Translations under genes and position numbers: made by a program
In this document: one piece after another, positions 17,075-25,373 of the stretch
How the letters are laid out: every line of letters begins with the position of its first letter
Position numbering within the stretch: the first letter of the stretch is position 1
Notes under the pieces: model-generated
Database searches by the model: none
Told to the model about the DNA's origin: nothing
What the model saw: only the letters and a program-made list of their open reading frames with translations
Assembly (NCBI GenBank): GCA_902769815.1
Contig: CACXQO010000002.1
Coordinates: forward strand, 1-61,980
Direction: 5' to 3'
Length of the DNA stretch: 61,980 nt
Source: an uncultured Bacteroidia bacterium
GTDB taxonomy: Bacteria; Bacteroidota; Bacteroidia; Bacteroidales; F082

Positions 17075-18559
17075 TTATGGTTTTTGAGGAATAATGATAT
17101 TTGGGTTTTCTAAAATTCTTTGCTTTCTCTTGATTGCAGCTTCGCGATAGAGGTTAGCCACAGGACTTTCCGTGTTTTCAAGGAGCTTTTCTACCTGATT
17201 GAAGCACCAAAGTGCACAAGAGTCATTCCTGTCGCATCCCCGTCGTCCGCGTGCCATGAAATCGTTGCCGAGTTGATAAAGTAAAACATAATCGCTTTCA
17301 TTCAATCTGAAGGCTTGCATTAATAGATTATGGGCTTTTTTGTTATCGGGTTGAATGCCGCAATAAGAGCGCATCACTGCCCAAATTGGCTCAAAAAACA
17401 TAGTGTCGCGATAGTCAGAATTGTCAAAATAGAGTCGGCTCATGAGGAATGTGGCTTGGTAATCGTTTTTTGAAACCAAGGTATCAAGCATACGGAGACC
17501 TTCTGTAGCGGTTGTTTCATCTAATAGTAACCCCATTGCTTTGTCGTATGTGTATTCTTCTTCAACAATGGTTTCTGGCTTTTCATGTGTGCCGAAAAAA
17601 CCAATAACGCCGCCAATAACAAGGATTGAGGTAACGGCAATGATTATTGGCAAAACAAATCTCTTTTGTTTGGTGGTGAAACGTTTCTTTTGAGCCGCCT
17701 CTTTGATTTGTCGGGCCGAAGGTCGCTTTTCTGGGTCACTCTGAAGGCAGGCGCGAATAAGGTTCTTTACACTTGAAGGTACTTCTTTTAGTTCAGGCAT
17801 AGATACCTTCCCTTCTGATTGCGCTTTGCCCCCCTTTTCACCAAAAGGAACAATGCCAGTTAGTATTTCGCATAGTGTGGCACCAAAAGCCCAAATGTCG
17901 CTTTCTGGTATAGGTTTAGCATTTGGGGCAAAACACTCAGGAGCCATATAAGCTAATCTTCTGCTGGTTTTATCATCATAACAACCTTTATTCCCCATCA
18001 ATGGTTGACAACCGATGCCAAAGTCTGTAATGATAAAGTCGCCATTGTTGTCAATAAGAATATTGGTAGGTTTGATGTTCTGATGAACTATTTGAGGCTT
18101 ATTGGTGTGCAGTCTGTCGAGTCCAGAAGCCACATCGGAAATAAATTTCCATAATATGGCCTTAGACATCGTCTTGCCTATGTATTTCTCCGCTGACCCA
18201 GCTTCACAATATGGGAATACAAGATATGGGATGTTTTCGAAAATAGAAAAGCCAATAGGCTGTAACAAATTGACATGATGACAATCATGCATTATTCTAT
18301 AGTTGTCACGAAAACTCTGTTCACTTTCAATGTCAAGTGTTTTATAAGGATGATAGATTTTAATAACTACTTGAAGCCCTGATGACTCGTCTATGACATG
18401 ATTTCTATCCCCGTATTGGGAAAAATAATTGTCAATAGTATTCACATCAACGGCCAACCATACATCAGAAAAATCGCCTGCTGTATTCAAAGGCCGCAAC
18501 AATCTATAATGACCGTCAAACAAAGCCTCACCATTAGCAAATTCTTCGATATTTGTCAT
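17075..18559 (-). CDS. Hanks-type Ser/Thr protein kinase-like protein (HRD replaced by HQN), with one TM helix and a C-terminal helical-repeat domain
   Basis: VVIKIY (VAIK-like), IVHQNIKPTNILID (catalytic loop), ITDFGIG (DFG), YMAPE (APE), TM helix FVLPIIIAVTSILVIGGVIGFF. Confidence 0.8.
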   Translation of the reverse strand: MTNIEEFANGEALFDGHYRLLRPLNTAGDFSDVWLAVDVNTIDNYFSQYGDRNHVIDESSGLQVVIKIYHPYKTLDIESEQSFRDNYRIMHDCHHVNLLQPIGFSIFENIPYLVFPYCEAGSAEKYIGKTMSKAILWKFISDVASGLDRLHTNKPQIVHQNIKPTNILIDNNGDFIITDFGIGCQPLMGNKGCYDDKTSRRLAYMAPECFAPNAKPIPESDIWAFGATLCEILTGIVPFGEKGGKAQSEGKVSMPELKEVPSSVKNLIRACLQSDPEKRPSARQIKEAAQKKRFTTKQKRFVLPIIIAVTSILVIGGVIGFFGTHEKPETIVEEEYTYDKAMGLLLDETTATEGLRMLDTLVSKNDYQATFLMSRLYFDNSDYRDTMFFEPIWAVMRSYCGIQPDNKKAHNLLMQAFRLNESDYVLLYQLGNDFMARGRRGCDRNDSCALWCFNQVEKLLENTESPVANLYREAAIKRKQRILENPNIIIPQKP

Positions 18560-18589
18560 TTCAGCTATTCCCTAAATTAATAAAACGAG

Positions 18590-19597
18590 CTATTTCAACC
18601 TGACAAGCTCTCCTTCTGCTAATACTGTGGATGGAGTCATATGGTTCATTTTAGCAAGACGGTCTTTTTTGATGCCGAACTGCTGAGAAATCTCGTATAT
18701 CGTTTCTCCTTCCTTGGCACGATAGAAATCTAGTGCCCCATAATATTTTCTCTTCTTTTTTTGAAGATATACCACATCTCCTTCATCGATGTCAGATTCA
18801 GTGTCAGTTTCATTCAGTTTTAGTATCTCTCGTCTTGGAATGTCGTATTTCATAGCAATGGAGGAGAGCGTTTCGCCTGGATAGAGGATGGTGCATCTTA
18901 CTCCATTAATGAGAACCGCGTATTTATTGGTAATTTTCTTCACATCTTCCTCTTCTTCTGTTGCTACCGATTCGTCTATGACAAAGTCGCCTGACAGAGA
19001 GAGCTCTTCAGCGGTGATGGTCTTGGAGATAACCGTCTTTTTTCCTGGCTTTAACTTCACCCCACCATTGATGGTATATAGTTGGTAGGCATCAATATAG
19101 CCAATCAGAGCTTTGGCATATTCAGAGGCACTGGCGTAGCCTGCTTTTTGAAGGCCATACGCCCAACTTCGATAGTCATAAATGCTGTAGTTGAATAGTG
19201 ATTGATACCGACTGCCTTCCTTTAGTACCTTTGAGTGGTCTTCGTATGAAGCAGCGGCTGAACTATACACACGGAATCGGCTCTTTTGTACCTCATCATC
19301 CCATGCAAAATATACACCTCTCGACCATCCTCCAACAGCCTTGATTCCAAAATGATTATTGGCATTTGTGGCGAGTCCGCTTTTTCCAGCACCCGACTCA
19401 AGGATACCTTGTGCAAGGGTTATGGGAGCGGGTATACCATACAACCTTTCCTGCTCAAGTGCGATTGACTTGTATTGATGGATGTAGTCACGAATATCAG
19501 ACGAAGATTGGGCAAACGAGAAAGAATAACAACAAATGCTCAAAGCAATTGTTATTACTTTTAAGGCTATAACATGTTTTATTCCGATTATGTACAA
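18590..19597 (-). CDS. Secreted peptidoglycan hydrolase: glucosaminidase (FlgJ-like) domain plus two LysM domains
   Basis: Signal peptide. AQGILESGAGKSGLATNANNHFGIKA. LysM-like YPGETLSSIAMKYDIPRREILKLN and EGETIYEISQQFGIKKDRLAKMN. Confidence 0.85.
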   Translation of the reverse strand: MYIIGIKHVIALKVITIALSICCYSFSFAQSSSDIRDYIHQYKSIALEQERLYGIPAPITLAQGILESGAGKSGLATNANNHFGIKAVGGWSRGVYFAWDDEVQKSRFRVYSSAAASYEDHSKVLKEGSRYQSLFNYSIYDYRSWAYGLQKAGYASASEYAKALIGYIDAYQLYTINGGVKLKPGKKTVISKTITAEELSLSGDFVIDESVATEEEEDVKKITNKYAVLINGVRCTILYPGETLSSIAMKYDIPRREILKLNETDTESDIDEGDVVYLQKKKRKYYGALDFYRAKEGETIYEISQQFGIKKDRLAKMNHMTPSTVLAEGELVRLK

Positions 19598-19602
19598 AGA
19601 GA

Positions 19603-21480
19603 TTACTCCTCCATATTCCTAAGTTTCACAACAATTGGCATAGCGATACATGACTTATTGCAAATTCGTTGCTGCATCAGTTTGTCAAAAGCCATCTCGT
19701 TGGCATGTAAATAGTTTTTCTTATCCTTAAATTCGATGTCAATATACAATCCGCGTTCCAATCCTGTTTTACCCCCTATTCCCTCAACGTTTATCTTTAT
19801 CATAATGCGCTTAAACTCTTCCTTGCCAAATACATTCATAATCTCCTTACGCAAAAATGCGTCTATATCTTTCTTGGTATACAGTCTGTCATTAGTAAGA
19901 GCAAAATAACGCAGCAACTCAGAACGTTCATCGGGCGTAGCCTTATCACTTTTTTGGGTATATAATCTGTCATTAGTAAGGGTAGAATAACGCAGCAACT
20001 CAGAACGTTTATCGGGCGTAGCTTTATCGCTACCTCCTGAGGCAGGAACTAACACGCTCAATTTCTGTTCAATTGATGGCAACTTTTTATTTTCCATGAG
20101 TTCATCAACTTGTGGAGTGTTGCCGATTGCTCCTTGTGTGACAAGATAAGTCACTTTTGTTAATGTCGAAGATACACCATTTTTTATGTTCTTCATAACA
20201 TAAGTGCCACTATCGAACTTGAAAGTCTTATTCGGCACTTTAACTTCGCTGTTGTTGCCAATGCGATTGATGGTCTCACGCAAGCGTTTCAAGGTTTCAC
20301 CATCCTTAATGTCGTTATATTCAATAAAAGCGTAATAGTCATCAATAAAATGGTTGTATAGATTACGCACATCGCGGTATAAATCGCCATTATTGTAACG
20401 AGCAGCGTCAAAGTCGCGGACGATAATTTCGTCTGATGATGCGCCAAAACCTTGCTTTTGCGAGGCATTGCTGGTTTCAAGAATACGAAGAAAGAAGGAG
20501 TCGTCCTGTTTCTGTAGCTTGGCAATGGGCGACGATTGGCTAAGCGTGAGGGTACACACATCGACATTGACAACGGGAAAAGCATTAAGACAGATTGTAC
20601 AATTGTCCTGAACCGTGCAACCTTGCGGGAAATCAATTTTGAGCCATAATGTATTGGGCGAGAATCTATCCAACTCATTGTCTTCAAGCCACTGTCTGAA
20701 TTCACGAGGGTAAGCCTTGGGCTTGAAGATATCACGGTCTTTGGTCTTATCGGTGATGCATACCAATACTCCCTCCTTCATGTTGAGCAAACTGTCTTTC
20801 CAACTTTCGATAAAAGAGAAAAACTGCCCAGAGGCTTGCTGAGCATCAAATGGTTCTGCCATATTGATGTTTTCCATCTCGTTCATGGTGGCAAAATCAA
20901 GATTCCGATTGCCGATGCCTAAAGAAATGCGTTCTGGACTAATTCCTCTTGTTCCTTTAATGAACAGTGTCAATCCTTCAAGACACTTCACTTCTGTTTC
21001 TGTTGTAATGCCGACCCAAATGCGGTTAGGCTCACAGGCTAAAACAGACAACACCTCTGTGTCAAACTTCATCGTGGAGTGCGTCATCATAGACAAAGAC
21101 GAATGAGGCAAAGCCATGGTCTCAAACAAAGGAATGTAGTTAAGGGCTTGTTTGCGCAACGGGGTTTTGTAAGAAAAGCTGGAACCACTGCCTATTTTGA
21201 CAATTTCCGAGTTTTTGTTGGGCTTAAACGATGGCAAAAGCAGTGTTATCGCTGGAATAGGCTCCAATTGTTGCCATGGGATGAAATCGGTGCAATAGCG
21301 GTCTACAATCTGTCGGTCGATGCTGCCAATACGATCGTTTATTTTCTGTGTCTCGTTTAAAAGAGCTACCAGCATCATTTTTACGACTGGATCCATCTGT
21401 TGTAAGTCAATCTCTTCAACCGATAGCTGTTTCAATTGCTCAACAGCGTTTTTTAGCCTTTTTTCTAAATCAATATCCAT
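19603..21480 (-). CDS. tssF: T6SS baseplate protein TssF
   Basis: 625 aa. The N-terminal pattern DPVVKMMLVALLNETQKINDRIGSIDRQIVDRYCTDFIPWQQLEPIPAITLL fits the TssF N-terminus. Lies adjacent to tssE and tssK. Confidence 0.7.
   Translation of the reverse strand: MDIDLEKRLKNAVEQLKQLSVEEIDLQQMDPVVKMMLVALLNETQKINDRIGSIDRQIVDRYCTDFIPWQQLEPIPAITLLLPSFKPNKNSEIVKIGSGSSFSYKTPLRKQALNYIPLFETMALPHSSLSMMTHSTMKFDTEVLSVLACEPNRIWVGITTETEVKCLEGLTLFIKGTRGISPERISLGIGNRNLDFATMNEMENINMAEPFDAQQASGQFFSFIESWKDSLLNMKEGVLVCITDKTKDRDIFKPKAYPREFRQWLEDNELDRFSPNTLWLKIDFPQGCTVQDNCTICLNAFPVVNVDVCTLTLSQSSPIAKLQKQDDSFFLRILETSNASQKQGFGASSDEIIVRDFDAARYNNGDLYRDVRNLYNHFIDDYYAFIEYNDIKDGETLKRLRETINRIGNNSEVKVPNKTFKFDSGTYVMKNIKNGVSSTLTKVTYLVTQGAIGNTPQVDELMENKKLPSIEQKLSVLVPASGGSDKATPDKRSELLRYSTLTNDRLYTQKSDKATPDERSELLRYFALTNDRLYTKKDIDAFLRKEIMNVFGKEEFKRIMIKINVEGIGGKTGLERGLYIDIEFKDKKNYLHANEMAFDKLMQQRICNKSCIAMPIVVKLRNMEE
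19876..20037 (-). repeat. 81-bp in-frame tandem duplication (2 copies) inside tssF
   Basis: ggtatacagtctgtcattagtaag... (19876) matches ggtatataatctgtcattagtaag... (19957). Encodes SDKATPDKRSELLRYSTLTNDRLYTQK / SDKATPDERSELLRYFALTNDRLYTKK. Confidence 0.9.
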
Positions 21481-21518
21481 ACAAGTATTGTCTTTCTTGT
21501 TTTGATGGAACAGGGGGG

Positions 21519-22016
21519 TTAAATCGAACGTTTTATCGTAGGCTCCACGAAGAATACCACTTCTTTATTGTAAGGTTCCTCACAAATACCACTGTCGATG
21601 TCTCCTGTTACAAAAATAGAGACCAAATGCTTTGACTGAACCTTTTTGGTGTGTTGTTGTTTGATACCCGCAGGAATGAGTTTAACCGATACATTGACAT
21701 TTTTGAGTTGTGGAGCGTAAATGGACAAATTCCGTTTGATGCTCTCTTGACATTCATTTTTGGTGATTTCGCGATGTGCTCTTTCGGCCAAAGTGCTGGT
21801 TTGACCGTTATTGAAAGTATTGTATTGGATATTGACATACTCGTAATTCCAATACTCAAAACCAAACTCTGGATCGGCAGAGCAACTACCACGTGGGGTA
21901 TAAGCAATCAATTCAATTAGATTGTTGAGCATAGTCCTCAGCGATTTCAAATCGCGTTTCGGTTGGATGCTCAATAGATTGTCGTCAAAGTCTATCGGTG
22001 TGCTGATATAATTCAT
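21519..22016 (-). CDS. tssE: T6SS baseplate wedge protein TssE (GPW/gp25-like)
   Basis: 165 aa. LRTMLNNLIELIAYTPRGSCSADPEFGFEYWNYEY resembles the gp25 signature (NL..L..T..G.R...P.FG). Confidence 0.7.
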   Translation of the reverse strand: MNYISTPIDFDDNLLSIQPKRDLKSLRTMLNNLIELIAYTPRGSCSADPEFGFEYWNYEYVNIQYNTFNNGQTSTLAERAHREITKNECQESIKRNLSIYAPQLKNVNVSVKLIPAGIKQQHTKKVQSKHLVSIFVTGDIDSGICEEPYNKEVVFFVEPTIKRSI

Positions 22017-22022
22017 CGCATA

Positions 22023-23255
22023 TTAGATTATTATACCCTTCCAATTCTCATAGTCCTTACGCAGAGTCAGTGTATAGGTCTTGACCTCGCTACTCACACC
22101 GTTGGCAACAGCTTTTAATTTGATTTGTACGGTCATATCTGGCTCCGACACTCTTTTCGCATTGAACTTGCTTTCAATGGAGATTTTGTCGCCTACAAGT
22201 TTCTTTGTCGGATCACTCCCATCCGTTGAATAATATACAACAGCTTCTGGGATAGTATTGATAACAGAAACAGTAATGGTGCGTTTGCTACATCTTTGGT
22301 TTAGCTGGTCGGCTGGAATACATGGAGCAGCGATTTTTTCCTCTTTGACCGGCTCTTGATTCTCCTCCATCAGTCCAATCTTTTCCTTAATGGAGAAACA
22401 AATTTCCAAACCTTCCTTGATTTTGCGGTAAGCGTTCTTGAAGTCGTAGGGCGAAAGAGCGTAGTTTCTGAAAGTATTGGCATCGGATAGGGTTAACCTA
22501 TCATCAAGGTCGCAGGCTGTAGTGAAGGCTGCCACAAGCTTCTGGATCTGGGCAGTCAGTGTTATCGGGGTCATCAACTCCCGACCCTTATCGGTGTCTA
22601 TCAGGATTTGTACCAAATTGGGCCAGAATACTCGTATGACATCCCTTGTGTTCGACGGAAGTTGTCTCCTCACCAAGGTCTCTACCTCTGATAGAGTTTG
22701 CAAAAAGCGTTCATACAATTCTTGGCACTTGAAATGAGAGGCTACAAAAAGGCAAGGAGGCACAAAGTCTACATCATCAACGTGCCAACCGCCAATTTCA
22801 GTATCCACAAGCCGGGCAATGGGAACGACATTGTCTGTAATGGGACTGTTGGGTGACACAAGGTCGAAATGGTAGCAAGGCTCTTCAAAGCCGTCAATAG
22901 TCTCTACCCAGTGTTCAGGATCCATCCCGATGGTAAGCAGCAATTCTTTTCCAATCGCATTTTCAGGCAGTTTCACACTCGTTGAGAAATGACAGGAATA
23001 CTGTGTGTCAAAATTGATGTCAATTAAGTTTCCACCTTTGGTGAGAGCGAGGCAACATAGTGATTTAACCTCTATGTTATCCTTGATGATATCAACAGAG
23101 ATGCGGAACGGTTGATGGCAGGGGAGCAGACCAAAGCGTCCAACCGATGCCAGAATCAAAGCGTTTTTTACCCATTCGGCAATAGCCATATCTGAAGCTT
23201 TCATAACCTCATCGGTCAGCCTCATCCCTTTTTTCCAACTAATTCTTCTTTGCAT
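22023..23255 (-). CDS. tssK: T6SS baseplate protein TssK-like, with a C-terminal Ig/chitobiase-C-like module
   Basis: N-terminal RISWKKGMRLTDEVMKASD fits the TssK start (W..GM.L.P.H.Q..D). C-terminal ITVSVINTIPEAVVYYSTDGSDPT. Confidence 0.6.
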   Translation of the reverse strand: MQRRISWKKGMRLTDEVMKASDMAIAEWVKNALILASVGRFGLLPCHQPFRISVDIIKDNIEVKSLCCLALTKGGNLIDINFDTQYSCHFSTSVKLPENAIGKELLLTIGMDPEHWVETIDGFEEPCYHFDLVSPNSPITDNVVPIARLVDTEIGGWHVDDVDFVPPCLFVASHFKCQELYERFLQTLSEVETLVRRQLPSNTRDVIRVFWPNLVQILIDTDKGRELMTPITLTAQIQKLVAAFTTACDLDDRLTLSDANTFRNYALSPYDFKNAYRKIKEGLEICFSIKEKIGLMEENQEPVKEEKIAAPCIPADQLNQRCSKRTITVSVINTIPEAVVYYSTDGSDPTKKLVGDKISIESKFNAKRVSEPDMTVQIKLKAVANGVSSEVKTYTLTLRKDYENWKGIII

Positions 23256-23261
23256 GATGTT

Positions 23262-24140
23262 TTATAGATTCGTATTATAATTCAAATAATAATTTTTTTC
23301 CCCATCCGCAAGGTATATAGGATTATTTGTGCTGATGTCGAATCGTAAAATGTCGTCAATTGCCATGAAATAATCCTGAATGAAACACCGATAAGTTTCC
23401 ACTTCATCAACAAAATGAAGAAAATCCTTTTCCTTGTTGTTTTCTGGCCAAAAATGGATATCATAGATTGTTGATTGGGAATAATACTGGTTACCTACAT
23501 AGAGAGTATCCAAATGGCCGCCCACGCAGTTGTCGTATTTCGGATCTTGGTCAACAAACTCAATCGATTCGTTATGTTTTTTAATAGTTATCCCTTCTTG
23601 TGTAAATACCTTGCGCAACATCAAGGTAAGCAGGGTTTTATTGCCTCTGATGTACTTACATGAAGGAAGAAAAGGGATTGTCTGCCTAACGAATCGATTC
23701 TGAAGTTGCTCATTAGGAATCTCATCGCCAAGAATGTCTATCAATGCCTTGTTGATTTCGACGTAAGCGTTGATTTTTTTCCTGACATCAAGCCGGAGAC
23801 AAAGAAGCATCAAATCGACAGGCTCAAAGAAACGGCGAGCTTGTTTCTTCTCTCGTTCCTGAGCATCGTATTTTTCCTCAAACTTTTCCTTTTCTTCCTG
23901 CTTGGACAGGTTGTCGAATCGGTCTATAGGATGGAACATAAATTCCGGGAGAGTGTCGTAAATACCAGACCGTCCTAATGTGAGTTGCAGCGTTCCATCA
24001 TGCATCTCCTCAATGCCAATCAAGTCATTATAAGCATTACGCTTGTGTAATCCTCTGAACTGCACTTTGCAAGTGCCTTTCGGAAAGTACTCAAGCAGCA
24101 ACTCGGCATTAATATCGTCTGGTATGTTTTTCGGTATCAT
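23262..24140 (-). CDS. Putative T6SS baseplate protein TssG
   Basis: 292 aa. LQLTLGRSGIYDTLPEFMFHPI resembles the TssG GL.G..G.LP motif. Size and position next to tssK/E/F fit. Confidence 0.45.
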   Translation of the reverse strand: MIPKNIPDDINAELLLEYFPKGTCKVQFRGLHKRNAYNDLIGIEEMHDGTLQLTLGRSGIYDTLPEFMFHPIDRFDNLSKQEEKEKFEEKYDAQEREKKQARRFFEPVDLMLLCLRLDVRKKINAYVEINKALIDILGDEIPNEQLQNRFVRQTIPFLPSCKYIRGNKTLLTLMLRKVFTQEGITIKKHNESIEFVDQDPKYDNCVGGHLDTLYVGNQYYSQSTIYDIHFWPENNKEKDFLHFVDEVETYRCFIQDYFMAIDDILRFDISTNNPIYLADGEKNYYLNYNTNL

Positions 24141-24149
24141 AGTTCAAAG

Positions 24150-25373
24150 TCATAAGTACTGTTGGACATCGCCATCAAGTTCCACATAAAACTCACCTTG
24201 CTCTGTGCTGACATGTACCACATCAAATGGCGGTATACCAATTTGTTGCAATGAAAGTTCTTGATAAGGAAAGTACTCGTCTATATTTTCGAAAAACGAC
24301 TTGTGGAACAGTGTTCGATAGCTGAGTTTTCGCAGTTCAGCATCGGAGCTGATGAAAGCATCAAGTTTCGATTCAGGCAACATCACCTCGTATACCTTTT
24401 CAGGTCGGTCAGAGGTAATCTTGTCAACGAACTTGTTGTTACACATATTGATTTCGACCGATTTGACTTTAAGCAAGCATTTCAGTCCAGCAAGAACATC
24501 TTTTACTGACATAGTAGTTGACAGCTGTGGAGCGTTTATGACGGGTTCCCAACGCTCATGTGCAGGACAATTCTTCTTCCATGAAGCAAAACGAAAAATG
24601 TTGGTTGTGTTGGACATACCATCATAATGAAGCATCTTACCTTCAAGCGTTTGGAATTGCGTTTTTTCATCCACATGAATGACTTTCATGGCTTCTTGCA
24701 CCTGGATGGCTCCAATTATGGAAGAACTGATAGGTGTGGTAGCCACACGACCTGCCGAACTTTGACTGCGCATTACGTCAGCACAACCCGTGCGCAACAT
24801 GATTTGATTGAATTCCTCTCGCGAAAGGCCACATTCATAGCAACTGACACCTGGGGCATACACACGGGCTACACCCGTCAAGTTTTCAATACTGCCATCA
24901 ATCCAGGTCTTGCCTGCCCTCATGCACAAACGATTAAGTTGGTAACGTGCTATACGGCTATCAAGACAGCCTATGACCACATCAACTGAGCGATACAGGC
25001 CAAATCCCACCTCAGAGAAAAGATTGCCCACAATGGGTGTCACCTTGATTTGCGGGTTGATTTCCATTGCCCGCTTGGCAACGACGTCTGCTTTATAGGA
25101 ATGGTTGTACGCATCCTCTTCCCTGAACAGCACTGAGCGTGTGAGGTTTGAAATCTCTATTTGATCAAAATCAACCACAAAAATGTGTCCCACACCAAAT
25201 AAAGCCAAGTTTTTAACCACCTCGTTACCGAGTGCACCTGCACCAGCCACCAGAACCCGAGCGTTTTTCACTTTATCTTTCTTGAACCAAGAAAGCAGAG
25301 TAAATACACCCTCACCCCATTCGTATGCTCTTTGTTTTTCCATCAAGTTTTTTTCAAAATCAACATTCAACAT
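24150..25373 (-). CDS. E1-like ubiquitin-activating/adenylyltransferase (ThiF/MoeB/HesA family) with a C-terminal extension of about 170 aa
   Basis: VLVAGAGALGNEVVKNLALFGVGHIFVVDFDQIEISNLTRSVLF (Rossmann/ATP loop) and PGVSCYECG (Cys pair). Likely start at 25373 (MLNVDF) or 25343 (MEKQ). Confidence 0.85.
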   Translation of the reverse strand: MLNVDFEKNLMEKQRAYEWGEGVFTLLSWFKKDKVKNARVLVAGAGALGNEVVKNLALFGVGHIFVVDFDQIEISNLTRSVLFREEDAYNHSYKADVVAKRAMEINPQIKVTPIVGNLFSEVGFGLYRSVDVVIGCLDSRIARYQLNRLCMRAGKTWIDGSIENLTGVARVYAPGVSCYECGLSREEFNQIMLRTGCADVMRSQSSAGRVATTPISSSIIGAIQVQEAMKVIHVDEKTQFQTLEGKMLHYDGMSNTTNIFRFASWKKNCPAHERWEPVINAPQLSTTMSVKDVLAGLKCLLKVKSVEINMCNNKFVDKITSDRPEKVYEVMLPESKLDAFISSDAELRKLSYRTLFHKSFFENIDEYFPYQELSLQQIGIPPFDVVHVSTEQGEFYVELDGDVQQYL

